From the NCBI GenBank assembly GCA_965287045.1, contig OZ336871.1, forward strand, positions 45,818,001 through 45,882,000: 64,000 bases of DNA. Direction: 5' to 3'. The DNA is from Carcharhinus amblyrhynchos (lineage: Eukaryota). The position numbers and the translations under genes were made by a program. Shown piece by piece: positions 25,302 through 38,210 of the stretch (position 1 is the first letter of the stretch; each line of letters opens with the position of its first letter). The notes under the pieces were generated by a model that did not search any database, had not been told where the DNA came from, and saw only the letters and a program-made list of their open reading frames with translations.

Positions 25302-25613
25302 ACACATCAATATGCCTCAGGACAACTTCAAGCTTTTGATTGTTGTTCCTGAGGATGATCTACTTTCACTGAACCTTGCAACCCCATCCTTGTGCTCTTT
25401 GCTGGCAATGCTCAATGGTATTTTTCAAACTATATTGGAGCAATTTATGATAATGGTGGAAAATGTGCTTAATCTACCCTGGCAAAAAAATCACAACAAT
25501 TTATGTAGCTGTAAACACTATTAAGGGAGAGATAGAAATCAATGTAGATATTGATACATCAATGAGAATGCAATATATAATTGCAGTCATAACCTCCACT
25601 ATATCACTGATGT
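25302..25613 (+). pseudogene. Pseudo-exon (R)HINMPQDNFKLLIVVPEDDLLSL..LLAMLNGIFQTILEQF.. with frameshift
   Basis: Acceptor ctttcatcttactgtag, phase 2 compatible with 17691; overlapping track ORFs 25312..25524 and 25463..25696 imply a frameshift near an A-run; GTAAGA donor at 25614. Confidence 0.45.
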
Positions 25614-25824
25614 GTAAGAGGCACTGGTGTCATTTAGCAGGCAACACTTTTTTTAACCTGGCTCTTAGAATTTTGGGGATAATTTTGGTTGAATAAATTA
25701 AGTGCTAAAAAACAACTTATATTTGTGTAGTGCCTTTAAGTCAATAAGCCCTTTAAGTCCCAAACCCCTTCACAGGAACGTTGTAAAACAAACTATAACA
25801 CTAAACCACACAAAGAGACACTGG

Positions 25825-25921
25825 ATGGAATTTTCCAACTGTGTTCGGAAAATCCCTCCCACAGTTAATGGACATTTACATGGTCCATCCCCGCCATGGA
25901 GAGGATGGGAAAAATTCCACC
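25825..25921. mobile_element. Harbinger-type MITE
   Basis: TIR ggaattttcc / gaaaaattcc. Confidence 0.5.
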
Positions 25922-26266
25922 TATGAGGTCAGATGGTCTGGTCAAAAAGGTAAACCTGGTGTTCCTGGTGGTTCAGAGGTGCAGTCAATGGGAAACCCCA
26001 TTAACAATGGTGAGACCAGAAGATTCCCCCCTACTGGCCAATGGCCACCATGTGACACGCCAGGGGGAAGAGTGTGTGCAGAAAATCCCACCCAACGACT
26101 TCAGTCTTCCCAATATTTCATTGAAGGAATTATATTAATCCAATACTCAATGTAGGATAAGAATTTAATAACTTAATGACAGTGGAGGAGTTGAGAGACA
26201 TGATGGTGCAATAAACCTTGACATCATCAGTGTACATGTGAAAGTTAACACTGAGTTTTCAGGTTA

Positions 26267-27030
26267 TGGGCAGAATCTTCCAATATTTTTTCAGTATGTT
26301 AGTTTCAGTGAGAAAACCAGCATGTATCTCTCAAATTGCATGACCAAGGTTTCTCGGTCTCTTGTACTCTGTGCACAGAGAATCTGGTTGTGTGATTTCT
26401 GCCATCGTACTGGTGGGATTGGGCCTGATAGAGGCAGCAATGTCAGCACCACAGAGATTGGGGCACCATGCTTAAAAGATGCCCCGATCTTACTTAAAAA
26501 GAAACTCCTCCCAGGGACACGTGAGACCCTCGCTCATGATCATCGGGGCAACCCTGCCAAACACAAGCACCAGGGCAACCCCTTCCTCAACACAAGCAAT
26601 GGGGCAACACAACCCCCTCCCACACAAGCACCAGCACAACACCCACACACATGAGAGGATCCCCCCCAATGGGGCTCCTCAGAGAGCCCACCCCAGCACA
26701 GCCCCCAGTACTGCCACCCTGGCTATATTTACCTTTGCAACCCCATGGGTTCCCTCAATAGCTTCCTGTCTTGCTAAAGTTATAGCAACTTTTGCCAACA
26801 TATCATGTCAGCAAGTGGGGAATTCCTTGCCTGGGGGAACATATGGTGGGGAAGTCTTTTAAATGCATTTAAATTCATTGAAATGAAAGGGCAGGAATCT
26901 CTTTGCAGAGTTGGTGAGGGGAAGGGAAAATCCAAGAATGAAATCTCACTAACAAGATTCTTGTTTCTACAGTCCTGTGGATTTTTCTGCCAGCATTGCC
27001 AGCGGCAAATGCCAGCTGAAGATCACCCCA
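26267..27030. mobile_element. Harbinger-type non-autonomous element
   Basis: Starts gggcagaatcttc and ends gaagatcacccc; C-rich interior. Confidence 0.45.
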
Positions 27031-27086
27031 TGTGTCTGAGGGGCAACATGTAGATAAGAAATACAAGGAGGCTTAGGATACATCCT

Positions 27087-27116
27087 TGGGGTGGGGGTGG
27101 GGGTGGGGGTGGGTGG
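27087..27116 (+). repeat. (GGGGGT)n G4 motif
   Basis: Four GGGGGT units plus GGG. Confidence 0.8.
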
Positions 27117-27516
27117 CAAAAGAGGTAACTGAGCAGAAGCAGGAAGAGAAGCCACTGCAGGTAAAGCTCTGGTTATGATCAGATCAATAAGAATGGAAGC
27201 ATATGAAAGAGGTCTCATCTTGATGACAGTGGAGCATTGTTGGATGAGAATGATGCCATGTCAAAGGCTGAAGCCAGTCAATAAGGATGCAGGGGGATAG
27301 TTTGCTTTGGTCACAGTCACACGGGATGTCATTTGTGACTTGGACAAGAACTGATTAGGTACTGTGGAAGAGCTTGAATCCTGATTGGAGAGATTCAAAC
27401 ATGGAGTTTCAGGAAAGGATTTGGGAAGTGACATTACATTTGCAGAGGAAAGGGAAATTAAGATTGGACAGTAGTTTGCAATGGTAGTAGTGTCAATCAT
27501 TGTTCTTTTTGAGTGG

Positions 27517-28258
27517 AAGCATGATGGTACAGTGGTTAGCACTGCAGACTCAGAGCGCTAGGTATCTGGGTCCAATTCCCAGCTTGGGTAACTGTGCAGA
27601 GCCTGCATGATCTCCCCATGTCTGCATGGGTTTCCTTTAGGTGCTCATGTTTCCTCCCACAGTGCAAAGACAGGCTGGTTAGCTGCATTGGCCGTACTAA
27701 ATTCTCCCTCAGTGTACCCAAACAGGTACCGACGTGTGGCAACTTGGGGATTTTCATAGTAACATCATTGCACAAGTAAGCTACTTGTGACACTACCAGG
27801 GCTTGATGGTTTGAGATATAAGGAGAGGCTGGATAGACCAGGACTTTTTTCCCTGGAACATTGGAGGCTTAGGGGTGATCTTATAGAGATCTATAAAATA
27901 ATGAGGGGCATAGATAAGGTGGATAGTCAACATCTTTTCCCAAAGGTAGGAGAGTCTAAAACTAGAGCGCATAGGTTTAAGGTGAGAGGAGAGAGAAACA
28001 AAAGAGTCCAGAGGGGCAACTTTTCACACAGAGGGTGATAAGTGTCTGGAACGAGCTGCCAGAAGTAGTACAGAGGAGAGTACAATTTTGTCTTTTATAA
28101 AGCAGTTACATGGGTGAGATGAGAAGAGGAACATGGGCCAAACGCTGGCAATTGGGTCTAGCTTAGTGGTTAAAAAAAGGGTGGCATGGACACGTTGGGC
28201 CGAAGGGCCTGTTTCCATGCTGTAAACCTCTATGACTCTATGACTAATAAATAAACTT
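27517..28258 (+). mobile_element. Alternative-tail V-SINE split by HER1 in its tail
   Basis: Tail ..ctacttgtgacacta (27795) resumes as ctaataaataaactt at 28244. Confidence 0.8.
27796..28243 (+). mobile_element. HER1-type CR1 LINE 3' fragment
   Basis: ORF 27787..28038 YKERLDRPGLFSLE..LRGDLIEIYKIM; (CTCTATGA)2 tail. Confidence 0.9.
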
Positions 28259-29184
28259 AAAAATGATGGCGGGAGCATTAAAGGAGATAGGGACAACACC
28301 CGAAGAGGGAGACAATATCTGAACACCATTTACAATATTGGCTAGTATATAGGCCAGGAAGGGAAGATGGTTGATCAGTAGTTGAGGAGAAATGGGATTG
28401 TGGAACAGGAGGTTGGTGCCATGGACAAAGTGAGCTTGGAGCAAGCATGAGGAGCATTGAACTGAAAGTAGGGCAAGATATAAGTTCAGTGCTAAGGCAT
28501 CAAGGAATTTTAAAGGAAGTTTGGCCTGGTGGGAAAACGGAAGGAAGGGGCATGCCAAAGATAATTGATTAAACAATCTCAATTTTAGTGATGAGGAAGT
28601 CCATGAGCCCCTTGCACTTATTGTTGGAGGTGAAGGTGGAGGAGGCGGGGAGAGGTGTTTATGAAGATGATAAAGAGTTGGCCAAGATGAGGTCTAAAGC
28701 TACAATGCTGGTTTAGCATGTTTTAACACAAGGCACCATCTTGGTAAAGAAGTTGAAATCAGTGCTAGAAATGATCCAACGCTGCCCCCAATCCTTTCAA
28801 AGGATTGCTAAGGGCTAAGCTACAATTAAATTGTTTGCTCATGCTTTTTAAAGAGGTTGTATAGCATTTTAATGGACTATGTTTCATTTTGTGACCACTC
28901 ATAATAGCATCCAGCTGAATAGGAGTAAACAATTCATTGCTGAGAATTTCAAAAACTACTTCAAGCCAAGCTCAAATATCAATGCTCACCTGCTGATCGA
29001 GATCCATTGACTGCGATTCATTTGATGAGGACTTTGGGGTATATTGCGTGCCTTTCTGGGGTGATTTGTGAAGCCTTGATCAAAACTCAATCAACATCTT
29101 CCCAAAATCTGCCAGGATTACACCAAAGAGAATAACTGCTGTCTTCTCTCCCTTATTGGACATCTTCTGGAATCATTAGGAGAA

Positions 29185-29475
29185 AAACAACCTCAGAGTC
29201 AAGGGACAACCCTTCAGAAATTAGATGAGGAGAAATATTGCCAGCCAGAAGGTGGTGAATCTATGGAATTCATTGCCAAAGAAGTTGTGGAGGGGAATTC
29301 ATTCAGCGTATTTAACACAGAGGTAGATAGGCTCTTGATTGGTAAAGGGATCAAAGGTTATGGAGAAAAAGCAGGAGAATAGAGTTGAGAAACTTATCAG
29401 ACACAATTGAATGGTGGAGCAGATTCAATGGGCTGAATGGCCTAATTTTGCTCCTATAATCTTCTGGTTTTATAG
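29185..29475 (+). mobile_element. HER1-type CR1 3' fragment
   Basis: gtggtgaatctatggaattc..tggagcagattcaatgggctgaatggcct. Confidence 0.8.
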
Positions 29476-29799
29476 AAGGGTTTTAAGATGATGATTTGTG
29501 GTCGGGAAAAGAAACTGGGGTTAGTTTTATATTTCAGGTGTAAATGTCCTGTGAGCAAAGAAAAGCTGTTTCCATTTACTGATGGCACAGAACTGAGGAC
29601 ACAGATTTGACATACCGTGCAGGAGATACAGGGAAGATGTGAGGAAGAAATAGCAAGTAATAATGACCTGAAACTCTCTGCCCCATGAGGATAATGGAAG
29701 CAGAGACGGTCGATGGGAATGACTAAATTGCTCTACAAAATACCAGTATGGATTTGATAAGCTGAACAGACACCTTCTGGCTGTAATTAACTGTGAGCT

Positions 29800-32700
29800 G
29801 AGTTTAATTCCCAAGGCAAGGATGGGATTATTTGGTGCAACAGATTCCCTGACCCACCCTCATGGGCTAAAAGGTTGGAGGGGATGCACTGAGTTGGGGA
29901 ATACTGGTTGCCTCTCAGACTTTGGCAGTTTGCAGAAGGCAGGATTTCTTCAGCTCAGAGACAGGAAGTCCCACCTCAGAGAGCTGCCAGCCAATCAGAA
30001 GCCAGCAGCTTTCCAACAATTCAAGCCAGAAAGAGTCATGGGGCAATGAATTAGCTCTGGTGAGGATTTGGGTATCTCACTGGTTGCTAAGCTGTCAGGG
30101 TTTGGTAAGGGAAAGAATTGGGGGTGGGGTATTGGTTGCTGGTGCTGTTTGAGAGATCATGGTGGGACAGAAAGATGCAGGGCAGTAAAACCTGTGGGGA
30201 ACAGAAGGGGGGGTGGTGGTGGTGAGGAGAGTGCCAATGAACTCAGGGGATGAGTTAAGGAGAGATACCCCTCTCCTGCCATCTATCACCAGGAAACGTG
30301 TCAGCCTGCCTGCAAGGCATGGACCTCTCACCACCAATTAAATGTTGACAGTGGCCAGATTTAATGAGCATTAGTTGCTCACTTAAGGGTCTCAGTTAGC
30401 CCACCGGCAAGAAGGCCACCTGTAGCTGACATCTGAAGCCAACTCTGCCCCTGGGATAATTCCAGTGTGAGTAGGGATGGGTAAATAAGCAGTGTGAAGA
30501 TTGACTACTTGATACGCTGATCTGCATTCAAATCTGTCGACTGGGTAATGTTAAATCCAACCTCAAGATTCTGCTGCAGACGTGACTAAGCCAAGAATCC
30601 AAATGATCCCTCAGTTTTGCGATGCTTTCTTGCCTGCTGTCTGCCAGGCTGCACAGGGAAAGTGGGAAGTACTGTTCACAAAGAAATGGCAAGAGAAACC
30701 GCCTCTCCACCGCCACCTGACCAAAGGAGCCTGGATGGAGATAGCAGCAGAGATCTAAAATAGCGGGCAGCAGCTGCTTTGATGGGAGCAGTACCACAAA
30801 AGTGGCTGTGCCAGGATGAGTCTTATTTATTGCTCTGGTCGCTGAGATTTACAGTTTACAAAGCAGAATGGATCGCCAAGTAGGATGGGATTCGTCGCAT
30901 GTGCCTAGCATTTGCACCTCCTGGTGAAGCATGATCACATCTGGGTGATAAGCATTTTGGACATCTTTCTTGGACAACCCCTACACATCCCATGAGAGGT
31001 GAGACATTTGGGAATCTCCATTTTTGGCCAGAGGAATGTCAGCTGGATCTATGGTTAGCAGATCTGCCTGTGGCGATTCAGTTCTACCTTCTGCCAGCAG
31101 GAGAACTGGACCCACAAAGCCAAGGAGGGGGTCAAGGCCAGTTTAGGAGTAGCTGATATTCATGTGCTGATTCCTACAGAGGGGAGGGCCGGCAAATTGG
31201 CTGGAGGGCAAGACAGCTGGGCAATCAAAATAGCGAAACTGGAGGCATGAGCAAAAAGAGTGAAGAGGCTTTGAACTTATGTGTCAATCAGGATTTGCAG
31301 CAACAGTTAAGGGAAAATCTGGTGGAGATGTCAGTGATCATGTGTGCTCGTGCAGAAAAGTTCATACAGGCCATGAATGTCACCATGCCTCAGACATGTT
31401 CTTGCATTCCTTCCTTCTTTGAAAGGTTTGTGACCCTTATGGGGTGCCATATTCAGTAGACCTGTCAGTGGATGCACACACAGCTACTTGTCATTGCCTT
31501 ATACCAGAGCTGCAGCCAGCAGTAAAAAGGTGAGAGGGGAAGAGGCACCTGGAGTCTCCTCCCGATGGTCTCACATTTCTGGCATGTGGATGGGGCCATT
31601 ATGCATCAAGAAGGAGGGAAGTGACTGCCTTCCACATTTGGGGAATCTGGTCAGAATGCTCCGAGTATGGACAGCGTCTCCTCAACCTCTCTGCCAGTGA
31701 CAATAGCTCCAGTAGTCATGATGACAGAGCACAGTTCCTGTACCTCTGCTGGGGGCCTCCAGGTCTCAGGCAGCCGAAGGAAGGTCTCCAAGGTCACCCT
31801 TGGGGTAGCTCCTCAAAGACTGCCTCCACTTCAGCTGCAAACACAGAGATCATACCTCAGAGAAGCACCCATAAGGGCATTAAGAAAATTATCTGGGCAC
31901 ACCTTGGGTTCACAGATGTGCAAAGAGTTTGCACATTTTAAAGATTGATAGTAATGCTTCAATAAATTGCTGTTATATAATGCGATGTGGTTCACTGATG
32001 CAGTAAATGGTGTCTTTTCAGATGGAATGTATGCCCTTGTAGTCTCAATTGCATGCCTGTGTGTGGGCTGGCAGAGTATCAATGTCACCTCAGATATGAC
32101 AGTGAGAGGCTGAGCCATCGGTGATGTGAGTAACAAGTAGAAGAAGGTGGATGTCAACATGGGCTGGAGGCTTTATTAGGCAGATAAACAAAGGACGTCG
32201 TGACTTCAGGAAGAGTACATGAATTAAAATCTCTTGACCCTCTTTCTTCTGCATTTCCCAATCACTCTGGCTTCCATTTCAAGGGACTCATTATCGTGAC
32301 TTGCCTGTTGCATCCCTTCCACCACCTCCTCTTCAGGTAAGGAGAGATACTCATCCTCTAGATGCAAGGCATCCCACATCTACAGTGCAAGGTTGTGCAA
32401 CACAAAGCAGATGATGCCAAACTGGGATGCAAAAACACCCCAGCCTTTCTAAGCAATACATTGGTGACCTCCGTTATGCAGCAATGAGCTGGAGAGTCAT
32501 TGCACCAGGGACTGGCTTACTGTCAGTAATTGCACATGCTAGACACTGGGAAGGAGTTGGATACATAAAAACTTAATGCAACAGCGAATTTCAGGATCAT
32601 GGGCATTGGGTGTCCACTAACTCCCTTGGGTTCAGATCATTCTGCCCCATCAAACATAAGTTTTTGGTGATTTTTCTCAAAAGCCACAATCTTCATTGGC

Positions 32701-33750
32701 ACTGGTTTTCTCACGCCTGGAGATAGTTCAAGCAGGTCCAGAAGACATGGGGCAGAGTTGGTGTGAAAATCCTCTGTCTATCCATTATCCATTCTTTGGC
32801 AGCTTCCCAGCTCGATCCTTACCCATTTGCTGCTGTCTCCTTGGGAACCTGGTCCTCCCTCCCACTTGGTCACTCATCTTCCAGGTGGGCTCCAATTGAA
32901 TTCAATGGATGAGTTTCATGCCTGCTGCTATTTTTATTGTGAGCTGCCCTTGCAGAAAAATCCCCTAGATCCCTTGGACTCTGTGGCACTGTCCCTCTGC
33001 TTGCTCTACTGAGAGACAATGGCCTGAAACCTCCATTCCCCCAAAAATAACCCATAGTCTTTTGCCCCTCAGATATTCAGAAGCGACCCGCAAACTCTTG
33101 CTCCTCAACTCAAGGTCTTCTGCCTCATCCTGTCAATGGCCTCCTTTCCCCTTTCTGCAATGCAATATACACTGAACTCAACTCAAATTTGTTGATTTCC
33201 ACAGGTGAAACTGAGACCTTGCCTGGGCAAGATCTGATGGTATGTGTTCCCTGTGCACCACTTGCTGAATTCAGACCCAATCATACATCTCATCCAGTCA
33301 CGTTTAAATCATCATTAATCACCTGCACCATTGCAATCATTGCCTTTGAGGCTTTCCATTGCTGGAGAAGAATAGACCCAACATCACACCATGAGGTTCC
33401 CCCCACCAACACTTCCCATCTCAATTCTCAGTTCACCCTCACCGCCCAGCCCGCTCTGCACATTAGGGTCACATTAGTGCTCTATGATTCTATGTCCTGG
33501 GGTTTGGGCTGTGACTTCCTGCAAAATTTCCTTCCACAATCTGTTGCATCACCTGGCCTTCATTCACCCTGTGCTTAAAAGACATTCCTCTTCCCTACTA
33601 CTTTCTCAACCAGGATGTCTAATGCTGCATCAAAGACCTTGTGCCCTCTCCTTCTGGCTCTTAGCAGCATGAGTCCACCCGCAGCCAATTCACCCCTCAT
33701 CTTAGCTGGAAATGAGTGAGGGTAGGATATATATATACATACAACCCCTG
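29800..33750. mobile_element. Cluster of decayed Harbinger pieces (transposase C-terminus on - at 32330-32640)
   Basis: Minus strand reads IICFVLHNLAL (HARBI1-type CCxLHN motif); Myb-ORF-like low-complexity pieces on +. Confidence 0.5.
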
Positions 33751-33984
33751 GAAAATTGCGAACTATCAGTGTTTGAGTACTAGACCTAAGGTTTTCAGTT
33801 CCAGTAACTGCAAGCATGTTTAAATCATGATAAGCATCAACTAACCTAAACGCTGGGTGCCAAATCTAGCCTTACAAACAATTCTTTCTTATCAATCTCC
33901 ATTTAGCCTCGGTTCCCCCATTTGACTAAATTAACCCCCTCTTGTTTAAAGTGTGTCATAGCTATATTGTAATATACGTACAGA

Positions 33985-34330
33985 AGAAAGAACCTGCATT
34001 TACTGAGGACCTTACTGGCACAAAGAACAACAAGAGCAACTTACATTCATATATAGTAATATAGTAAAACATCCCAAAGTACACTGCAAGAACATTATCA
34101 AACAAAATCTGACAACAAGAAATATTAGGAGATAATAGAATTAGAAACAGTGAATGTTGGGGAAAAACTCAGCAGCTCTGGAAAAAGCTGTGGAGTGAGA
34201 AATAATGTTTTGAGCCAGTATGACTTCTTCAGAGCTGGCGATGGATAATAGGACAATTGATCAAAGGCTTGGTCAACAAGGAAGAGTGGGAGGTAGAGTG
34301 GTTTGGGGGTTCCATAGCTTAGCAGTTGGT
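33985..34330 (-). mobile_element. L2 3' end with nested Penelope-like short repeat (34140-34235)
   Basis: aacttacattcatatatag..gtaaaacatcccaaag tail; aaaactcagcagctctgg..gagtgaga. Confidence 0.55.
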
Positions 34331-34399
34331 CAACTAGCATGCTATGCAACCACTCAATAACACATGCAGTGCTAAGTAAACGAAAGAAGTTGAAAAATT

Positions 34400-34640
34400 A
34401 CACACTGGAAATTCTCACAAATTACAAATGAATGGCTGACCAGAGGATATATTTTTGGTGCTATTAAATGGGAAGGAATGTTGGCCAGGACACTGGGAGA
34501 AGTCCCATTATATAATAGTAACAGAATATTTCACTTGTACTGGAGTAGGAAGAACAGCTCTTATTTTAATATCTTATCCAAAAACTGGCACTTCAGGCAA
34601 TGTAGTACTTTATCAGTACTACCCTACACACTGTCAATGT
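34400..34640 (-). mobile_element. Ancient Deu-domain SINE (SacSINE1/AmnSINE1-like)
   Basis: ggccaggacactgggagaa..ttttaatatcttatccaaaaactggcacttc resembles the Deu-domain reverse strand. Confidence 0.55.
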
Positions 34641-34900
34641 TGCTACTGTCATTTGGGAAAGTTGTAAAACACGTGGTGTAAGACAGAAAGAATTACATTT
34701 CTACGTGCCTTATCATGAGCTCAGAATATTACAAAGAGTTTTACAGTCAATGGATTTTTCCTGAATTGCAGTTACTGTTAGTTACAGAAAAATATACATT
34801 GATTTCTTCATTATTTTACCTGCTGTAAAAATAAGACTAAAGTGTAAATGTTGCATAACACTTATCGTTGCTTCATCTATTTTTTATTATTTTTGGTCAG

Positions 34901-34955
34901 AATATTATCAAAAACCAGTTTTTACACAACTTGCATTGAAAGAATAAAGGAAGAG
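34901..34955 (+). pseudogene. 55-nt exon-like segment ILSKTSFYTTCIERIKEE
   Basis: ttttttattatttttggtcag acceptor and GAG|GTATGA donor; one open frame. Confidence 0.4.
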
Positions 34956-35314
34956 GTATGATGAATTCTTTGGTGTTATTCTGTAATAATTAGTTGCACT
35001 CAAATTTAAGTCAATTCCCATAGCTACAGATCCGTGTGTTAGTTGAGACTATGCAGAGTGTATGATATATTTACCCTAGCCAAAATGTTAAACTTGATTT
35101 ACAATCAACGTTTCCAATTTCCAGTGAGTGACAGTATTGACAATGACTTACATTTATATACGCAACCTTCCAATATAAAAACATTCACAGGTATTGCCCA
35201 AAAGCCCCATCAGTCAAAAATCAGCAACAAGCGAAGAGATATTAGGAGGGATGATGAATGGATTTCAGTTGATCCTGAAATGAGTTCATGAACCAATATC
35301 TGAATGCAATGACA

Positions 35315-35875
35315 AAGACAGCCTATTTCCACCTACATAACATTGCCTAACTCTGTTTCCATCGCAGCTCATCTGCTCAAATGTCCCTATGTGCTTTGTT
35401 ACCTCTCATTTTGACTATTCCAGTGCATCCTTTGCTGGTCTCCCATATCCTAATGTGAGGCCATCTGAATCTCTGCTGCCATTTTCTGACTTGCACCAAG
35501 TTCCAACCCTCTGTTACTCCTGTGCTCACTGATCAACATTGACCCCCAGTTAAGGAATGCCTTGATTTTAACATTCTCACTCTTATTCTGATGTCCTGCA
35601 TGGCCTTACACCTTCTTTTCTCTGTATTTTCCTCCAGCCCCACAACCCACTCAGACAGTTACACTCCTTTAATTCCAACTTTCAAATATCAGAAATTTTA
35701 ATTGCTCCAGCATTGGCAGATGTATCTTCAACTGCTGAACTTTAAGCTCAAGAATTTCCTTCCTAAATTTCTCTGCTGATCCCTTACAATCCATTTTTTT
35801 GGCTCATCTACCTTCGTATCTCCCTACATGTTTGGTTGTGAAATTCTAGTGCCTTTAAAGGCAATGTAAGTTGAT
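35315..35875 (+). mobile_element. L2 LINE ORF2 C-terminus and tail
   Basis: AYFHLHNIA..AFVTSHFDYSSASFAGLP. Confidence 0.8.
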
Positions 35876-36398
35876 GATTTTATAATAATATTCACAACAT
35901 AAGTTTTGGTATTTATAGCTTTCCATTGCACTCTATTTACCTCACAAACTGCAGTGGTTCATCATCACCTTCTCAAGGGCGATGAGAGATAGCAATGAAT
36001 GCAGGCCTTGCCAATGATACTCACATCCCATGAACATGATTGAATATTCAAGAAAATTATTATGTGCAGTTATTTTGATCAAAATAATTCAAAATGAACA
36101 AAGTACAGAGAAAGTCTATAACAATGAGAAGATTACAACAGAGACTCTGAAGATTAATCAAATATCTCACAACAAAGACTGACTATTAACAAATGCATTA
36201 ACAATTCCATCTGTCAATTAAAGGTTTAACACATGTCCTGCAGGAATATAATTACATAAATGCATGGAAATATAGAAAGGCAAATGTGCTGTTTAGAATT
36301 TTCCAATTGCTGATGAAATTCTAAGGTAGCTTCTCAAGTTTCAGTACTGCAATTGGCAAAAAAAATCAAAACATTAAAATGACTGAAATATATCTCAT

Positions 36399-36509
36399 GG
36401 CTGGAATTTTTAGTCCATTCATGTCCCGCCGCCACTGTAAGCCAAGTCTCCGTCTACTGCAACGGGACCAGAAAACCCCGCTGTTGTGAATAGCCAGAAA
36501 ATTTCACCT
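36399..36509. mobile_element. Harbinger-type MITE
   Basis: TIR ggctggaattttt / gaaaatttcacc. Confidence 0.5.
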
Positions 36510-38081
36510 ATAACTGTGACTTCGACATTGCACTGCTGAGCTGCAAGAGATCCCTTTACTAGAAGTAACACCTGCTGTATTCGTTCATGGATTTTGAGTG
36601 CTGCTGGCACGGCCAGTATTTATAGCCAATCCATTGAGAATGAGTGTTGGATTTTTGTGCTGAGGGCTGGAAAGGGGGCTATAACCCACCCTAAGTTTCA
36701 CAATGTGAAGCCTGTACGCCTTGAGTTTAAACTGCAGCATCAGGAGTGGGAAGGGACAACCCACTCATTATAATCAGGTGGCCACATCAGAACCAGGAAG
36801 AAGGGAGAAGAGGGAGAGTGGGAAGTGAGCTGGGATAGCAGGACAGCAGCGAGACGCAGTATTGTCGCAGGAATGCTCAGAGAAGGCCCTTGGTCACCAT
36901 GAGAAGAATTGTTTTTCACATAGCTGAGTTAATGGCCAGGGAATTCTGCGGGGGTGATGGGGACGAACAGGCACTGGAGAATGGGGAGGTTCAGGAAGAC
37001 TCCAAATTCCATTTGCACTGAAGGAAGAGCATTAGAGGAAATGGGATCAAGCTTCCCTGACCATGCTCTGATAAGTGATGATGAGCAGTATCAGCAGGAG
37101 CAGTGGCAAACCCCTGGACATCTGGCCAAGGGGTGAGGTCGAAGGGGCAGGAAGACTGCAGACACTCCACCTTACACAGTCATCACCAGTACAATCCATC
37201 ATTCTACCAACCCTCACTTCCCATTCTCCTGTGTTTCACCAACATAAAATGGAGCCACATAAGTCAGTTAGTGCAACTTACCCAAATGTAACTTAACATT
37301 TCACTATTATTCACATCATAAACAACCAGGTGATGCATAAAGTGACATTACTGACACAGTGGTCTACACTGACAGCCACCCCCATGAGGTCCTTCCACTG
37401 TGGATGAGGATAAGTTGGAGGTAGTGCCTGTTTGGGCCTCAGATGCCCTTGGTACTATGTCACAGTTCAGGATGGCCAGTACAACACCTCCAAGGGTTAT
37501 TTCTCTGGCAACTCTGCAGGGGACAGCTGCTGTCACAAAGACTGACTCTACAGATGCTTCGCCTATTAGAGAAGCCAGAGCAGATAAAGATGACAGAACC
37601 CCATGAAGGGTGGCATCTTGAACTCCACCTATTACCTCTTCAGTCATTAGATTGCTAATGGAGACCACCAGTTGAACTGTAGCTGACATCCATCCACTCT
37701 ATGCTTCATTGCACTATTTTCACCACTGATTAATCAACATTACACACTGTGGCATGTATTCCATATTGTGATGCCACATATGACATTCCATGAGATGGAA
37801 CACTCTCTCAATGGATGAGTTCATGCGCTCAGAGTACTCAGGTGTTATGGATCACAAGACTTGAATGGACTCCTTCATTTTTATTCCTGACTCTGCAGTG
37901 CCTCCTGTAAATCTGACATGTGGGCACATGTGAAGCTGATTGAGCAGTAAAGCTGCCATTTTGTGACTCCTGAGGTTCTGTATCTCAGCCTGCTAACCAA
38001 GTCTGCCCTCTGTCCTCCAAGAGGGGCTGGGCACAGCTTACAGCTCTGATAAGATATGCACATCCTGCGCCACCATCTCGT

Positions 38082-38210
38082 AGCACCCAGAGGAAACTCA
38101 CGCAGATGTAGAAAGAATGTGCAAACTGCACACAGACCAGAATTGAACCCAGGTCCCTGAGGTTGTGAGGCAATAGTGCTAACCAATGTATCACCATGCC
38201 ACCATGTTAC
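38082..38210 (-). mobile_element. HE1-like SINE 5' half
   Basis: gtgcaaactgcacacagac..gtgctaacca. Confidence 0.75.

Larger units (their letters stand above)
27220..28680 (-). mobile_element. L2 LINE RT fragment hosting SINE + HER1
   Basis: Minus strand reads ANYCPI and LANIVN; collinear with 14285-15040 on both sides of the insertion. Confidence 0.7.
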
